DNA of 63,129 nt, the filler included, from Octopus bimaculoides (Eukaryota): NCBI RefSeq assembly GCF_001194135.2. It is 6 parts of 6 records of this genome, joined end to end, with 100 filler letters (N's around TTAATTAATTAA, not from the genome) between each part and the next. Parts side by side here need not be neighbours in the genome. Positions count along the whole stretch, not along the records: positions 21,089 to 33,717 come from NC_068985.1; positions 33,818 to 47,036 come from NC_068992.1; 4 more parts are not named here. One strand, given 5' to 3'. The position numbers were made by a program, and so were the translations under genes. The stretch's first letter is position 1. Each line of letters opens with the position of its first letter. Of the stretch, positions 24,601-36,723 are shown in pieces. The notes beneath the pieces were generated by a model. That model had not been told where the DNA came from, did not search any database, and saw only the letters and a program-made list of their open reading frames with translations.

Positions 24601-25262
24601 CAGTATTTACAGAGCGTTGGAAATACTACGAATCATCATGATATAGGCAATTCTTTTTCAATATTCAGATGGCTTGCAGTCCTCTGTGGTGTGTAATTTT
24701 GTTCTGTTTTTCTATCTCCTGCGTAGTTTTTAGTGTGGATTCTCGAGAAATATGTTACAGGAATTTGAATGGCAATTCACTATGGATGGATATATTATCT
24801 GATGTTGTAGTGACATGAGATTTGGTGCAAATGTCACTGTTGATACTGGTAATTAGTTTGTATAAAAGTTTTACCGTGAGATTTAAGGTCTGTATTAAAT
24901 ACTACAGAGTTTAGTATTTAGTATTTAGTAGAATATAGCTTATTACTATTTAGTAGACGGCTCAGGTTATGGTCCAGTAAAGATTTTAATCTTGAGTTAA
25001 TATACCTGATTTACAGTTTAATGAATGGTTTACTTAATTAAGGTCTGAATTAAATAAAATGTTTAGGTCATGGATTAAATTATAAGTCAACATATGATTC
25101 CGTTTTCAAGTTAAATAACCGGATTATAGATAACAAAATAATCGTTTTCATTATTGTTTCAAATTGAGTGTAAATTTGTAATTAAAAACCCAACCTGTGC
25201 AGCTTAGCTCAAATGTACAAAATTCCTCTTTTTATTTATTGTTATATTTTTATTTTATGTAA

Positions 25263-25421
25263 TCGCAGGCGTCTGTGTGGTAAGAAGTTTGCTTCCCAAC
25301 CACATGGTTCCGCGTTCAGTCTCATTACGTAACACCTTAGGCAAGTGTCTTCTACCATTGGCTCGGACTGATTCAAGCTTTGTTAGTGGATTTGGTAGAC
25401 TGAAACTGAAATAAGCCTATC

Positions 25422-25513
<92 letters not shown>

Positions 25514-25709
25514 TTGTATTTGTTCCTTGCAACCGACTTTGGTGTGTTTACGTCCCCATAAATTAGCGATTCGATAACAGAGACCAATAGAATTAATACC
25601 ATCTTTAAAAAATAAATACTGGAGTCGATTCGTTCGACAAAATATTATTCAAGGCGTTGCCCCAGTATGGCTGCGGTCTAATGACTGAGACGAGTAAAAG
25701 TTAAAAGAC
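25263..25709 (+). mobile_element. SINE family A, full length, with internal (TG)n
   Basis: tRNA-like head ...GTGTGGTAAGAAG...GTTCAGTCTC, internal microsatellite, 3' module ending GAGTAAAAGTTAAAAG. Confidence 0.88.
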
Positions 25710-25711
25710 AT

Positions 25712-25845
25712 TGGTTTCAAATTTCGGCACAAGGCCAGCAATTTGGAGGAAACGACTAAATCGATTAGATCGACCCCAGTACTCAACTGGTACTTGTTTT
25801 ATGGACCCCGAAAGGATGGAAGGTAAAGTCGACCTCGGCGGAATT
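25712..25845 (-). mobile_element. SINE family B fragment immediately downstream of the orphan ORF
   Basis: cacaaggccagcaa...gaccccgaaaggatggaaggtaaagtcgacctcggcggaatt. Confidence 0.85.
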
Positions 25846-25898
25846 AAAAGATAAAAGATATTAACATACAAGATACGTTATTCATTTTAATTTGGTTT

Positions 25899-27065
25899 TT
25901 ATTCAAATATCTGTCGTTTAATGTCTGGCATTTCACTAATAATCATCTCTTGTTTAAATGGTGGAAGATCGACATTATAAAACACTGGGTCCCACTTTCG
26001 AAACAAAACTTTGTATTTCGCCTTAGCGTCTGCCGTGGATATAGGATCGACTGCAAAACCTTGAAAAGACTCCCCAGTTATGGACATATCAGGCACATGA
26101 CCATACTCTTGGAGATTAGGGGGCTCTGTAAAATGTACAAGTTTTGCACCTGATTCACCCTCAGCAAAAAGACGATTTTTAGGGGACCGTACGGTAAGAG
26201 CACTGGACCTCGGTGTATCTCCAAACATATATCGTGGTTGTGAAGCAGTACGATATTTCCGTGGTTTGGTAAACCTGGTTTGACGTTCATATAAATGATG
26301 TTCAGGTAAAGCGAAGGAATGGGCATGACGTTCCCGTGGTAGCTTTATACGACGTCCTGGCGGTGACACTGAGCGGGTACGACGTTCTAATAAACCTCTC
26401 GGACTGTACGGTATGTCAAGTTCATAGGCACCAGTATACGGGACGTTTTCAACATCATATTCTGGTACCCGCTTCTTTGGAAATCTAGGTTTATAAAACA
26501 TCCGATATATTACAAATGATTCACCGTCCTGATATCTATCCAGATCATTATTGACGCTGTGTGGCCAGGTGTCTGGCATCGTACTTATTTTTCCTCCTTC
26601 GATTGCATATTTCATACTCGTGTCATAATTACCCTCGTCTTTGTTTGGTACAGATTTATCAAATTCTGCCGTTCTACTCTTCAATTTAACTGTAATGTTA
26701 TCCAGACTGATATTCTCGTTTTCATTGTGTGTCTTACTTGCCAATATGTTATTTTCATCTCCGTTCTCATCGTCTGCTACTTCACACACACATATCTCAG
26801 TTTCCTCGTCTTTTGGATAGTCATCTTCTGCTGAGAAATCTTCCTTTAACTGGTCGTTGTTTTGACTTTCCTTCACATCACCAATGTCATCCTCATCAGT
26901 TATTTCACAATTGTCGTCTTCAGAAAACATATCATTATTATCTCCTGCAGTTTGGTATGATTCTTCATTTAGGTTGTTTTGATATTGATTATGGTCAGCC
27001 ATTTGATGAGGTTGGGAGCAGAGGTGTTCATAACTCGAAAAACTATCATTCTCTGTGGTATTCAT
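25899..27065 (-). CDS. Uncharacterised 388-aa protein: acidic D/E/N-rich N-half, basic R/P/S-rich middle (RRTRSVSPPGRR), non-repetitive C-terminal ~90 aa
   Basis: 1167-nt stop-free non-repetitive ORF in AT-rich DNA; first ATG at 27065 with an in-frame TAA upstream; AATAAA overlaps the stop, with ATTAAA just downstream; no family recognised. Confidence 0.8.
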   Translation of the reverse strand: MNTTENDSFSSYEHLCSQPHQMADHNQYQNNLNEESYQTAGDNNDMFSEDDNCEITDEDDIGDVKESQNNDQLKEDFSAEDDYPKDEETEICVCEVADDENGDENNILASKTHNENENISLDNITVKLKSRTAEFDKSVPNKDEGNYDTSMKYAIEGGKISTMPDTWPHSVNNDLDRYQDGESFVIYRMFYKPRFPKKRVPEYDVENVPYTGAYELDIPYSPRGLLERRTRSVSPPGRRIKLPRERHAHSFALPEHHLYERQTRFTKPRKYRTASQPRYMFGDTPRSSALTVRSPKNRLFAEGESGAKLVHFTEPPNLQEYGHVPDMSITGESFQGFAVDPISTADAKAKYKVLFRKWDPVFYNVDLPPFKQEMIISEMPDIKRQIFE

Positions 27066-27136
27066 GCTGGTCACCTCAAATTGATTTTCAATGGACAGAA
27101 ATTATACTAAATGATTTATTATTTTACTTTCAACTG

Positions 27137-27144
27137 TGACGTCA
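27137..27144. promoter_or_regulatory. Perfect CRE palindrome TGACGTCA ~70 bp upstream of the orphan ATG; TATAAT at 27101-27106 (minus)
   Basis: Motif match and position only. Confidence 0.3.
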
Positions 27145-27334
27145 TCAATAAATGCGACAATCATCTCGGCATCATGCAGTAGTAGTAGTAGTAGTGTTAT
27201 ACATATAATAGACTCTCCCGTCGAAGGTGACGTATGAGTGTTCAGCTTTTTTGAAGAACGGCCTGCACAAATGATTTGTTTATAGTGATCAAATGTTTGT
27301 GCTGTACATCAGCTAATTCTCTTCATCAAATCAA

Positions 27335-27500
27335 CATTGACTGAACAGGTGTACAGTGCGCTACACATCAGTTGGCGAAGTAATTGCAGAGCAACGTGAG
27401 ATGATGTCTTTTGCTCTAGAACACAACGCACCACCTAGTCGAGGGACTGAAACCACGATCTCGAAATCGTGAGTGCAACACTTTAACCACTAGGCCATGA
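27335..27500 (-). mobile_element. SINE family C head, decayed
   Basis: Similar to 52285-52650 and 50015-50310 (GGCCTAGTGGTTAAAG...GTGGTTTCAGTCCC). Confidence 0.7.
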
Positions 27501-27899
27501 GTCAATAGCGCTTAATAGCACAACCAGTGAAACAATAAACAAAATGCTTAACAGTTTTTAATTACATATATTTCCGTTCTGAGTTCTAATTCTTCTGGGG
27601 CTCGTAAAATAAGTAGCATTCAAATACTGAAGTAGATTTTAATCAACTTGTTCTTTATAAAGTTGCACTTTTGTAGCAGCTATGTTAAAAATCTCTACTC
27701 GATTTTACCACTGAAAGGCAAGCCAATGAGGGAGACTTCGCGCTACAAATAACAATTGAATCTCAACTCACACCCTACTATATTGTGTTGTACAGAGCCG
27801 AACTTTGGGATACATAGCAGTCGCTGAAACCTGTGTCTTGAAGTATCTATCATTTTAGCTTCTTATGAAGATCTTTGCATAGTTTTGCCCTTTATAGAA

Positions 27900-29184
27900 T
27901 CTAAGAATTTGTAATGTTCATGGCAATGACAGTTGTAGCAACGGTGAAATTTTACCTTCTGAAAAATTTGTCTTCATGACTGATGTTGGGGAATTGGTCA
28001 CCGACACTATGAACAAATATAAGTCAAGACTGTCTCTAGATAAACTTTAAAGTTATGGGGGTGTCATAACAATACAGCGTCAATATTGATAACTACCAGT
28101 AAATGGTCCCTAGCAAATAATCTAAGAATCGCAAATAAGTTTATATTTCGTGCCACGCTGGAGGATTACGAAATGATAAGAGAATCATTCATTAACCAAG
28201 TCGTATTGTAACTCAGTACCTGGAAAAATAAGTTTGTGTTAGCCTGCTTTTCTAGCTTGATCAAGGTCCAGTTAAATTACATGGAGCTTGGATAGGATCC
28301 GAAGCCCCGTGCAGAACAGAGAAGCTAATTTCTCTGGGAATTACTCTGAGAGGAAGCAATCCCTGAAAGTTCGAATAGGGTTGGTACATATCTGCAAAAC
28401 GTCGATGGTTTATTAATACGTTGCCATTTGGTTTTATAATTAGTTTGAAACAGTTACAACCAACTACTACTAATAATTAGTCTGAAACATCTGCAACCAA
28501 CTACGACTAAACAGGGTCTTGGTATGTTTGATCGTTACAACAAGTTTTCCCGAAGCCCATGAGTTTGAATAAGTGGTAATCTTGGTTGATGTGTAGAGTG
28601 AGGAAAGGTGCTTGGCATCAGGATTACTGCCAAAAACTGACATATTTCTCTCAGCTAGACAACATGTTCAATGAGTTTTTTTTTCATTCTCTAAATAATA
28701 TAGTGTGCGAGTGACAATGATTGAAGTAGTGACACTCTCATTATTGATGAGGATTCTTTAAGAAATATTTAACTGCATAAAGTAGCTTTTGTTGCCTGAC
28801 CTCATGAGTGTGAGTAAATATGCAAGTATGTATGCATATATACATACAAATATTCTTGCATAGGTCAACGAGCATATGCAAAAAAGGACAAGGTACTTGA
28901 GTCATTCATTTTAAACGTCTTCACAAAGGAATTACGTTTCCCGTTCAAAGTATATTTAGCAAAAGACGAGTAGGTTTAAGTGTAGTTACGTTGCAAGCTA
29001 TCTGATAATAAATGAAAAAATTGCAATTTATGGTTGATACAAAAATATTGCTTTTTAAACCATTTTATGTCAACAAGGAGCAGAGAGAGTCATTGCTAAT
29101 GTCAATTTGCAGGCCCAATGAAAGTTTTCTTAGCTCTATTAGGAACTACAGGTACAATGAGGATGATGTCATGCACGCTTATAT

Positions 29185-29230
<46 letters not shown>

Positions 29231-31480
29231 ATATCGACTTTATTCAAGTGAAGCCGCAAAATTTGACAAAACTAGCGATAATCTTTATCAGCAAGTAGTA
29301 AAGGCAATCATTTCAAGTAGTGGAAAAAGTTAGCGTGTCACGAGTATGAGATGTCTGATATTTCGGACATGACTCTCCGTCAGAGAATAAAAGATCCTTC
29401 GATGAAAGACTACGTTCAAAATTTTACCTTACAACCAACTAACAGATCAGTTTTATATACCTTTATATTCATTTTGTTTGCGGAAAATTAACTTTCATGT
29501 TGTTGAGTTGACGGTGCTTTGAGAAAGTGACACGGAATGATCACATGAAAGAAAAAGTGGGATGTGGTGTGCTTGTAGTTAGATCGATGATGTCCTGTTT
29601 GACTGACATTGAACTTAGGAAGAATGGCGAAGTAGTGACTGGTGGACTGTAGAATAAGCAGAGACTGAATCATTTGGAAATGGCAAATGCATGTGAGAAA
29701 AATACCATCGCTGACAACGATCCTCAGATACTTGACGAGTCATTAAACGAATAATCACCGAGTTAGTTGAAGTAATTACAATCGTCCTTCGTTTCATGTA
29801 GAGACATTAAAAATGACAGGAAAATGTAGAAAGAGAATAGTAAGTTGAAGGACGAAAGAAGCAGGGTATTTTCTGGTAATATCAATACTATTTGGAACTG
29901 TTGGTGAGAGCGATAGTGTCGAAATGTATTTGTGCTACTCGAAATATATGGCAAATGATGACTTCCATGTTGCCAGAATAATTTACGATGTGTTAGCCTC
30001 TCTACTCATGGCATTTACTAGTATCGCTCTTGTCCATCGTCTAATACTGGCTGGAATGAAAGGATATCATATATGGATTTCGTTTGCTTTTACTCTTCAA
30101 TACAGCAGGTTCCTCTGCCAACTACATACAGCCTGCCCTTATTATTCTGGCAGGATATTCATTTACGTTGTATCTCTCTTTGTCAAGCAATATTCTTTTT
30201 CATGGTTTAGTCATTAGAAATTAGCCATTTCTATGACATTCCCGGTCAGTCCTTACAACTGGTTATTTTAGAGAAGATAGTCCATTTTTAGTAGTAACAA
30301 AATAGGGTTCAAGGTTCAGACGAGTTTACTGACATACATACATACATACATACATACATATTTTCTCTCTCTTTCATTCTATGGATATATCGCTACTTCT
30401 GACCGAGCATTCTTCATTTCCAACGTCTTAAAACTGATGGGGACAGCCATTAACAATAACCTGCTATACATTGAATATATTTCTCTTCACAATAACCACC
30501 AATATGACATTTGGTGAGGCAGATCAACATCATTTGTAAAGCTGTCAACCGTGTCTGGCATGCAAATCTCCGGGCAATACTTCCCTCTTACGGGTACAAT
30601 CCATCTCTTGAATCAATGGCTTCAGGTAAGATCAGATCATCGGAACGAGTGTTGACACACTTATTCTGACTAGGGCACAATTAAGTCAGGTGTGCCCCAT
30701 CATACGGCTTGGTCCCACACAATTTTCCTTTTATATACTAACGACCTTTTTGTCATCATCTCGAAGAATACCTATTCCTGTGTAGACGTTACCGGCTTTT
30801 ATTACTTACTAATCTTTTGCGCCCAAGCAACCAATACACCTTACAACAAACATGCTTTGACACAATAAACAGGAACCTTGGAGGCAATTTTCAATGTAGC
30901 CATGCTAATCTTGTCACCTTTCTCAGTACAAAAACGCAACTATTAAATATATCTTGAAAACATCATGGCAACACACAAACAACATGATACTAGAATACTC
31001 CTAAATCGCGAGAAATGCCGCGTTTCACTCTCACCAAGGAACCCTCCCGGTAAATGCATAACTTAACATATCAAATACTGCATGATAAATGTCCTTCCAA
31101 TTCAGAGCCAAAGAATACTTCGACCCCGTCAACTATCGAGATAAGATGAGAGCTATAAAGGAAAAGATTCTGTTGCTATACACAGACATTCTCAGCCGAA
31201 TCTGAATAGACACCTTTTCAACTAATTGGCACGAAGTCGCCTAGCAACATATTATGCGCCTGATCTTCATGTGTAATGTCTTCTCTCTCATCTCCTAATA
31301 GTGACTTTGGTTCCTTGAACTTGGGTAGTCTCATTCCATCTTCAATAACGCCATCTAGACTCACCCGTCTCAACGTCTCTTGTCAGTCACATTGTATCCA
31401 CCACCCCACACTTCCCACTAACTATTACCCTGTTTGGTTGTTTCTAGAACGTCAGACTACAAGTTTGTCTTCGCCGTAGT
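27900..31480 (+). mobile_element. Highly decayed APE-type LINE: ORF1-like (~27900-28430), endonuclease-like (~29520-29970) and RT/C-terminal (~30529-31480) remnants
   Basis: RT: KAVNRVWHANLRAILPSYGYNPSL, SGVP, FLLYTNDL at 30529-30750. EN-like: EKVGCGVLVVRS and DDFH. ORF1-like: NNLRI...EDYEMIRESFINQV. RT part is firm; ORF1/EN are tentative. Confidence 0.6.
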
Positions 31481-31699
31481 ATTGAGTTTAAGTTACGGTT
31501 TAATATAAACTTTAAAATATAGAGTTGACAGTTGATTGTAAGAATATTGTCTGGTGATACGTTTACTTTTATTTTACTTTCTGTCAAACACCGTTCTCTT
31601 CATTTCATCCAGAGTTACTGAACTGCAGCAAATATTGTACCAAGGTTTTGAAGTCAAAACACAAACTAAAAATGTAGCGGACTGTAACAATAAATGGTT

Positions 31700-31870
31700 T
31701 AAAAATTTAGCACAAGGCCAGCAATTTCGGTGGAGTAGGTAAGTCGTTTACATCGACTTCAGTATTCGATTTGTACTTATTTTCTCTGCCGAAAGGATTA
31801 AAGAAAGACGGACGAAATGCCATTAAGCATTTCGCCCAGTGCGGTAACGATTCTGACAACTCGCCACTTT
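31700..31870 (-). mobile_element. SINE family B, internally deleted
   Basis: cacaaggccagcaatttcgg...gacggacgaaatgcc...acgattctgacaactcgccac. Confidence 0.8.
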
Positions 31871-32684
31871 GTAGGTTGTTGTAATATTGCCTAGACCAAC
31901 ATTTAGCAGATTGATTCTTCCAGGAGCATTAGTAACAAAATTATCCTTTTCATTACTGTTAAATTGTGTGTAAAATTTCGATTGCAGAGCTAATGTGTTC
32001 ATCCAATTAATATTTCGAATAGGATTGATGCTTGTCATATAACAAGTAACTCTTGTAATATACTTTTACTACAATCGGTAATTTCAAGAAATATGCCATA
32101 ATATACAATAATAACTAGCGGGATCGGTGAATATTTTATGGAATTAATGGTAAACTTATTGGGTTATTTCTGAAAACTTTATCCAAAAAACCTGAAAGTG
32201 TAGTCTGTGCTGTGTCTGTACGAAAAGATAGTCATTCATCTGCTAATTATTAAAAAATGAAGGAAACTGGACTACAATGATTACTTAATGCACTTTATAT
32301 ACTTTATAACAATTTCATAGACTTAATACACAGCACTCTCCCGCTTTCTCTCTCACTTTACGTCATACTTTCTTGTTCTCTCTCCTTATTCTTTCACTCT
32401 TCGCCGTTCTCTTCAAGTAACCACGCGAATACGTTACAGATGGGCTAAGTAACATAGAAAAAAACTTGGTGAAAAAAATTATACATTTCACACCACAACC
32501 TCTCCCTCCCCTCCACCCCCCACCTTCCAGTATGTGTGTGTAGTGTTCCTTTACTTGTTGTCTGCAACTATTAAGCCTAGTAAGTGGACGCATCCTGCAC
32601 CTCATATGTTGACACAAACACACATACACACATTCCCTCTTTCTCCCTTTCACTTTATCTCCTTTTCACTCTATCTCCCTTTCT

Positions 32685-32720
<36 letters not shown>

Positions 32721-33026
32721 TTACTCTTCCCTCCCTCATTCCTTTATTCTCCCCTCCTCTTTTTCGAAATGGTGTAATGCGTGACTGGAGAATTCAACCC
32801 ACCAATCAACTTATGGTTATTATTATGTACAGATAATTTCAGAAGTATTTGACTTTTCTGGAATTAAAATACAATGTAAATTTTTTCAGCTTTATTGTAT
32901 TAAAATTGTTCATCGAATTCAAATAGACATTGTTCAACGTTTAGCATTTGAGGTCTAATTCACGAATCTCCTGGAGTCTGGACAATGTCAAGCCCTGTTT
33001 AAGGACTGAAAGTCTATCTCGTCTGC

Positions 33027-33717
33027 TCACATAGAATCTGGTTCAACGTTATAAGATGAACTGCTGCCATCTAAAGTTCGTGACCTAGATGATGACGATG
33101 TTCTTCGCCGAGGGCTCGAAATGCGACTACGATCAAACGATGTTTCTGGCTCCAATAAACTGCTGCTATCTAAAATTCGTGACCTGGATGATGATGATGT
33201 TCTTCGCCCAGGGCTCGAAATGCGACTAAAATCAAACGATGTTTCTGGCTCCAATAAACTGCTGCTATCTAAAGTTCGANNNNNNNNNNNNNNNNNNNNN
33301 NNNNNNNNNNNNNNNNNNNNNNNGAAATGCGACTAAAATCAAACGATGTTTCTGGCTCCAATAAACTGCTGCTATCTAAAGTTCGAGACCTTAAGTCTAT
33401 CTCGTTTGCTAATATAGAATCTGGTTCAACGATATAAGATGAACTGCTGCCATCTATAGAATCTGGTTCAACGATATAATATGAACTGCTGATATCTAAA
33501 GTTCGTGGCCTGGATGATGACGATGTTCGCCCAATGCTCGAAATGCGACTACGATCAAACGATGTTTCTGGCTCAAATAAACTGCTGCTATCTAAACTTC
33601 GTGACCTGGATGATGACGATGTTCTTCGCCGAGGGCTCCAAATGCGACTAAAATCAAACGATGTTTCTGGCTCCAATAAACTGCTGCCATCTATAGAATC
33701 TGGTTCAAGGATATAAT
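33027..33717 (-). repeat. Composite minisatellite (99-bp, 96-bp and 42-bp units), open on the minus strand as a Ser/Arg-rich repeat (SSPRRRTSSSSRSRTLDSSSLLEPETSFDRSRI; IDGSSSSYIVEPDS); candidate exon
   Basis: Period 99 (33101 vs 33200) and 42 (33415 vs 33457); all unit lengths are multiples of 3; the plus-strand register has TAA in the 42-bp unit. Confidence 0.85.
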
Positions 33718-33761
33718 NNNNNNNNNNNNNNNNNNNNNNNNNNNNNNNNNNNNNNNNNNNN

Positions 33762-33773
33762 TTAATTAATTAA
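33762..33773. other. Artificial scaffold-joining spacer
   Basis: TTAATTAATTAA within N run. Confidence 0.93.
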
Positions 33774-33924
33774 NNNNNNNNNNNNNNNNNNNNNNNNNNN
33801 NNNNNNNNNNNNNNNNNTATATATATATATATACACACAAATAAAAGTGCATGTATATGTATATGTGTACACACATATATATGTGTGTGTATGTATGTAT
33901 ATGGATGAATGTATGTACATATAC

Positions 33925-33969
<45 letters not shown>

Positions 33970-34789
33970 GTATCTATGTATTATATGTACATGTGTGTAC
34001 GTATCAGTCACCATAACGATGCACCTGCTTTTGCGGCAGATTAGGCAGTTTGGCAGTAAATACACGAGAAAACTACGTAATACTCCGTAGAGCATATGAT
34101 TTATTCATGATTTATAATCAATTCATCTGCTCTATGATATTCTCTATGATATATAACGTAATTTCCTTTAACTAATGAGGTGTTTAAATCAGTAAGATAA
34201 TTAAAATGTAATATTAATTATTATGTTTTTAGCACTAGTTACCTTCCAGAACATTCTTGACGTAAAATAAATGATGAAAACCGCGAAGGAAAGCGGAATA
34301 AAATATTATTCTTGCCAAGAATAAGTGTTTATAAAGATTTTAAAAACTACAGAGCTAGCGACTTGCTTCATCGTTCTGTATTCTTATATGATTAGTTCTT
34401 ATTTATTTATCTAGTATTCTAGATTTTGCTTCCTATGTCTGAAACTAAGAATACTTTGGTATTTAGAAGTCGCCGATAAGAAACCAAGAGGCCCTCAAAT
34501 CGCATCATATCACTGATCAAAACACTAAAATCTCGCTTCGCAGTTAGGGGACCCATGACATTTTGTGTAAATTACCTTTATGATGGCCGCAGGCAAACAT
34601 AAGGCTTTCCGTTGTAATTAGGTTGACGAAAACAGCGCGGAAATCCTTCAGGCTGATTGAGCTTGTAATTTAAAGCCTTCTATTTATTATTCTATATGTG
34701 TTGAGTGCTAGTCTATGGTTGTGTGTGAATTTTGCAATTTATAGCTATATATGTGTTCAGTTACAAAATATATAAAGATTAACTTCTTT

Positions 34790-34990
34790 TTATCTTTTGA
34801 TTGTTTTAGTTTTCGGACTACAGCCATACTGGGGCACCATCTGAAATGGGGTTTTAATGTAACAAATCAATCCCAGTACTTATTTTCATTGAAGCCTGGT
34901 AATTATTCTGTTAGTTTCTTAAGCCAAATTACAGGGACATAGACAAACCAACACTGGTCGTCAAGCGTTAGCAATTGGGAGACACACACA
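34790..34990 (-). mobile_element. SINE family A 3' module, decayed
   Basis: cagccatactggggcacc...cccagtacttatt...aagcctggta. Confidence 0.7.
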
Positions 34991-34998
34991 TACACCCC

Positions 34999-35113
<115 letters not shown>

Positions 35114-35591
35114 TGGTTCTTCCTCCGTGATCGGTGCTTGGCCAAGTATGATCTTTCTCGTTTGGCCTGACCGCCACTCGCACTACACCTTATTTTCCTG
35201 TCTCCTGACTTTTACTAATGTTTGTTGCCGCAAGGTTTCCACATCACACGCCAGCTTAACTTAGCTTGTCCTTTTAGTCGAAAGACACCTATTTGTATTT
35301 GTAATCAAGTAACATTTTTCTCCGTTTTCTCGCTTTTTTGTCTGTGTTGTCGCACATGCTCGCTTTCTTCCAAAAGTTTAATGCTCTTAGCTTGGATTTT
35401 TGAGGCCTACCAATTTTTAACAGTCTCAAGTGTAACAGGCCGAAACTGTAATGATGATTGGTAGCTTGACTGAAGTATAGAAAGCCACGAATGTTCCGTC
35501 CTGGTCTTTTTGTCCGTCTTTGTATCGTCCTTCTGTCTGTATGTTTTCTTTGTCATCCGTTACGTTCTTGTTTCCTCTATTGGATATATAT

Positions 35592-35895
<304 letters not shown>

Positions 35896-36335
35896 CCCCT
35901 TGTCTTGTTAGAAACAAATATTTTATATTTTATATCTTCGTTCCTTAAAGACAAAGAATCTGATCTTCGCGAATGATTTGCTATCATAATTTCTATTGAG
36001 TGATACTCAGCACTGTATCATTTAGAATTCCATTCCTCCTCTCTCTAAATACGTCTTTTCCACAGACACTGATTTGAAAAGTATAAGCTGTAGGAATATT
36101 TCTATCGATCATACCAATGTTGAGGTGTAGGATCAGAAAAAATTTTAACACCACTTCTTTTCCTTGGAATATATTTTAAAACGAAATGTACTTGATGTTG
36201 TATTTGTTGAAGCGTAAAGTGCTAAAGGATATATATTCGTTACTACAGCTTTACATCACTGTTAGAATATTGGAGCAGCTAGGAATATTGGTACAACCTT
36301 AATAATATTTTTCTTATTTTTAATATCGCTTTCAG

Positions 36336-36460
36336 ATATGGTACCATCGCAGTTTGAAATCCGATATTTTAACGATGAGATGTCTAGTCGCGCAATATTC
36401 ATGCCGGTGCATAACTTCTCCACGCTTGATGAATTAAAAACGAACTTACAATCGGGATAG
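36336..36460 (+). CDS. Putative terminal coding exon (MVPSQFEIRYFNDEMSSRAIFMPVHNFSTLDELKTNLQSG*)
   Basis: Strong acceptor ttttcttatttttaatatcgctttcag|; open for 40 codons to TAG; partner exons not identified. Confidence 0.3.
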
Positions 36461-36506
36461 GAGTTTCATACAAAATCTACTCTGACAGCGCGCACACACA
36501 CGCACG

Positions 36507-36537
<31 letters not shown>

Positions 36538-36691
36538 TCGCACACACGCACACACACGCACACACACTCACACACACACACACACACACACACATTTAAA
36601 AACCTCAGGCAAACATCGATCGGAATACATACATACATGTGTGTGTGTGTGTGTGTATGTGTGAGCGTCTATATGCCTATACTCATATTTG

Positions 36692-36723
<32 letters not shown>

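Noticed and set aside
33027-33717. CRISPR-like array (also the 31-bp repeat at 49640-49723)
   Set aside because: Units are contiguous with no unique spacers, there are no cas genes, and the context is eukaryotic
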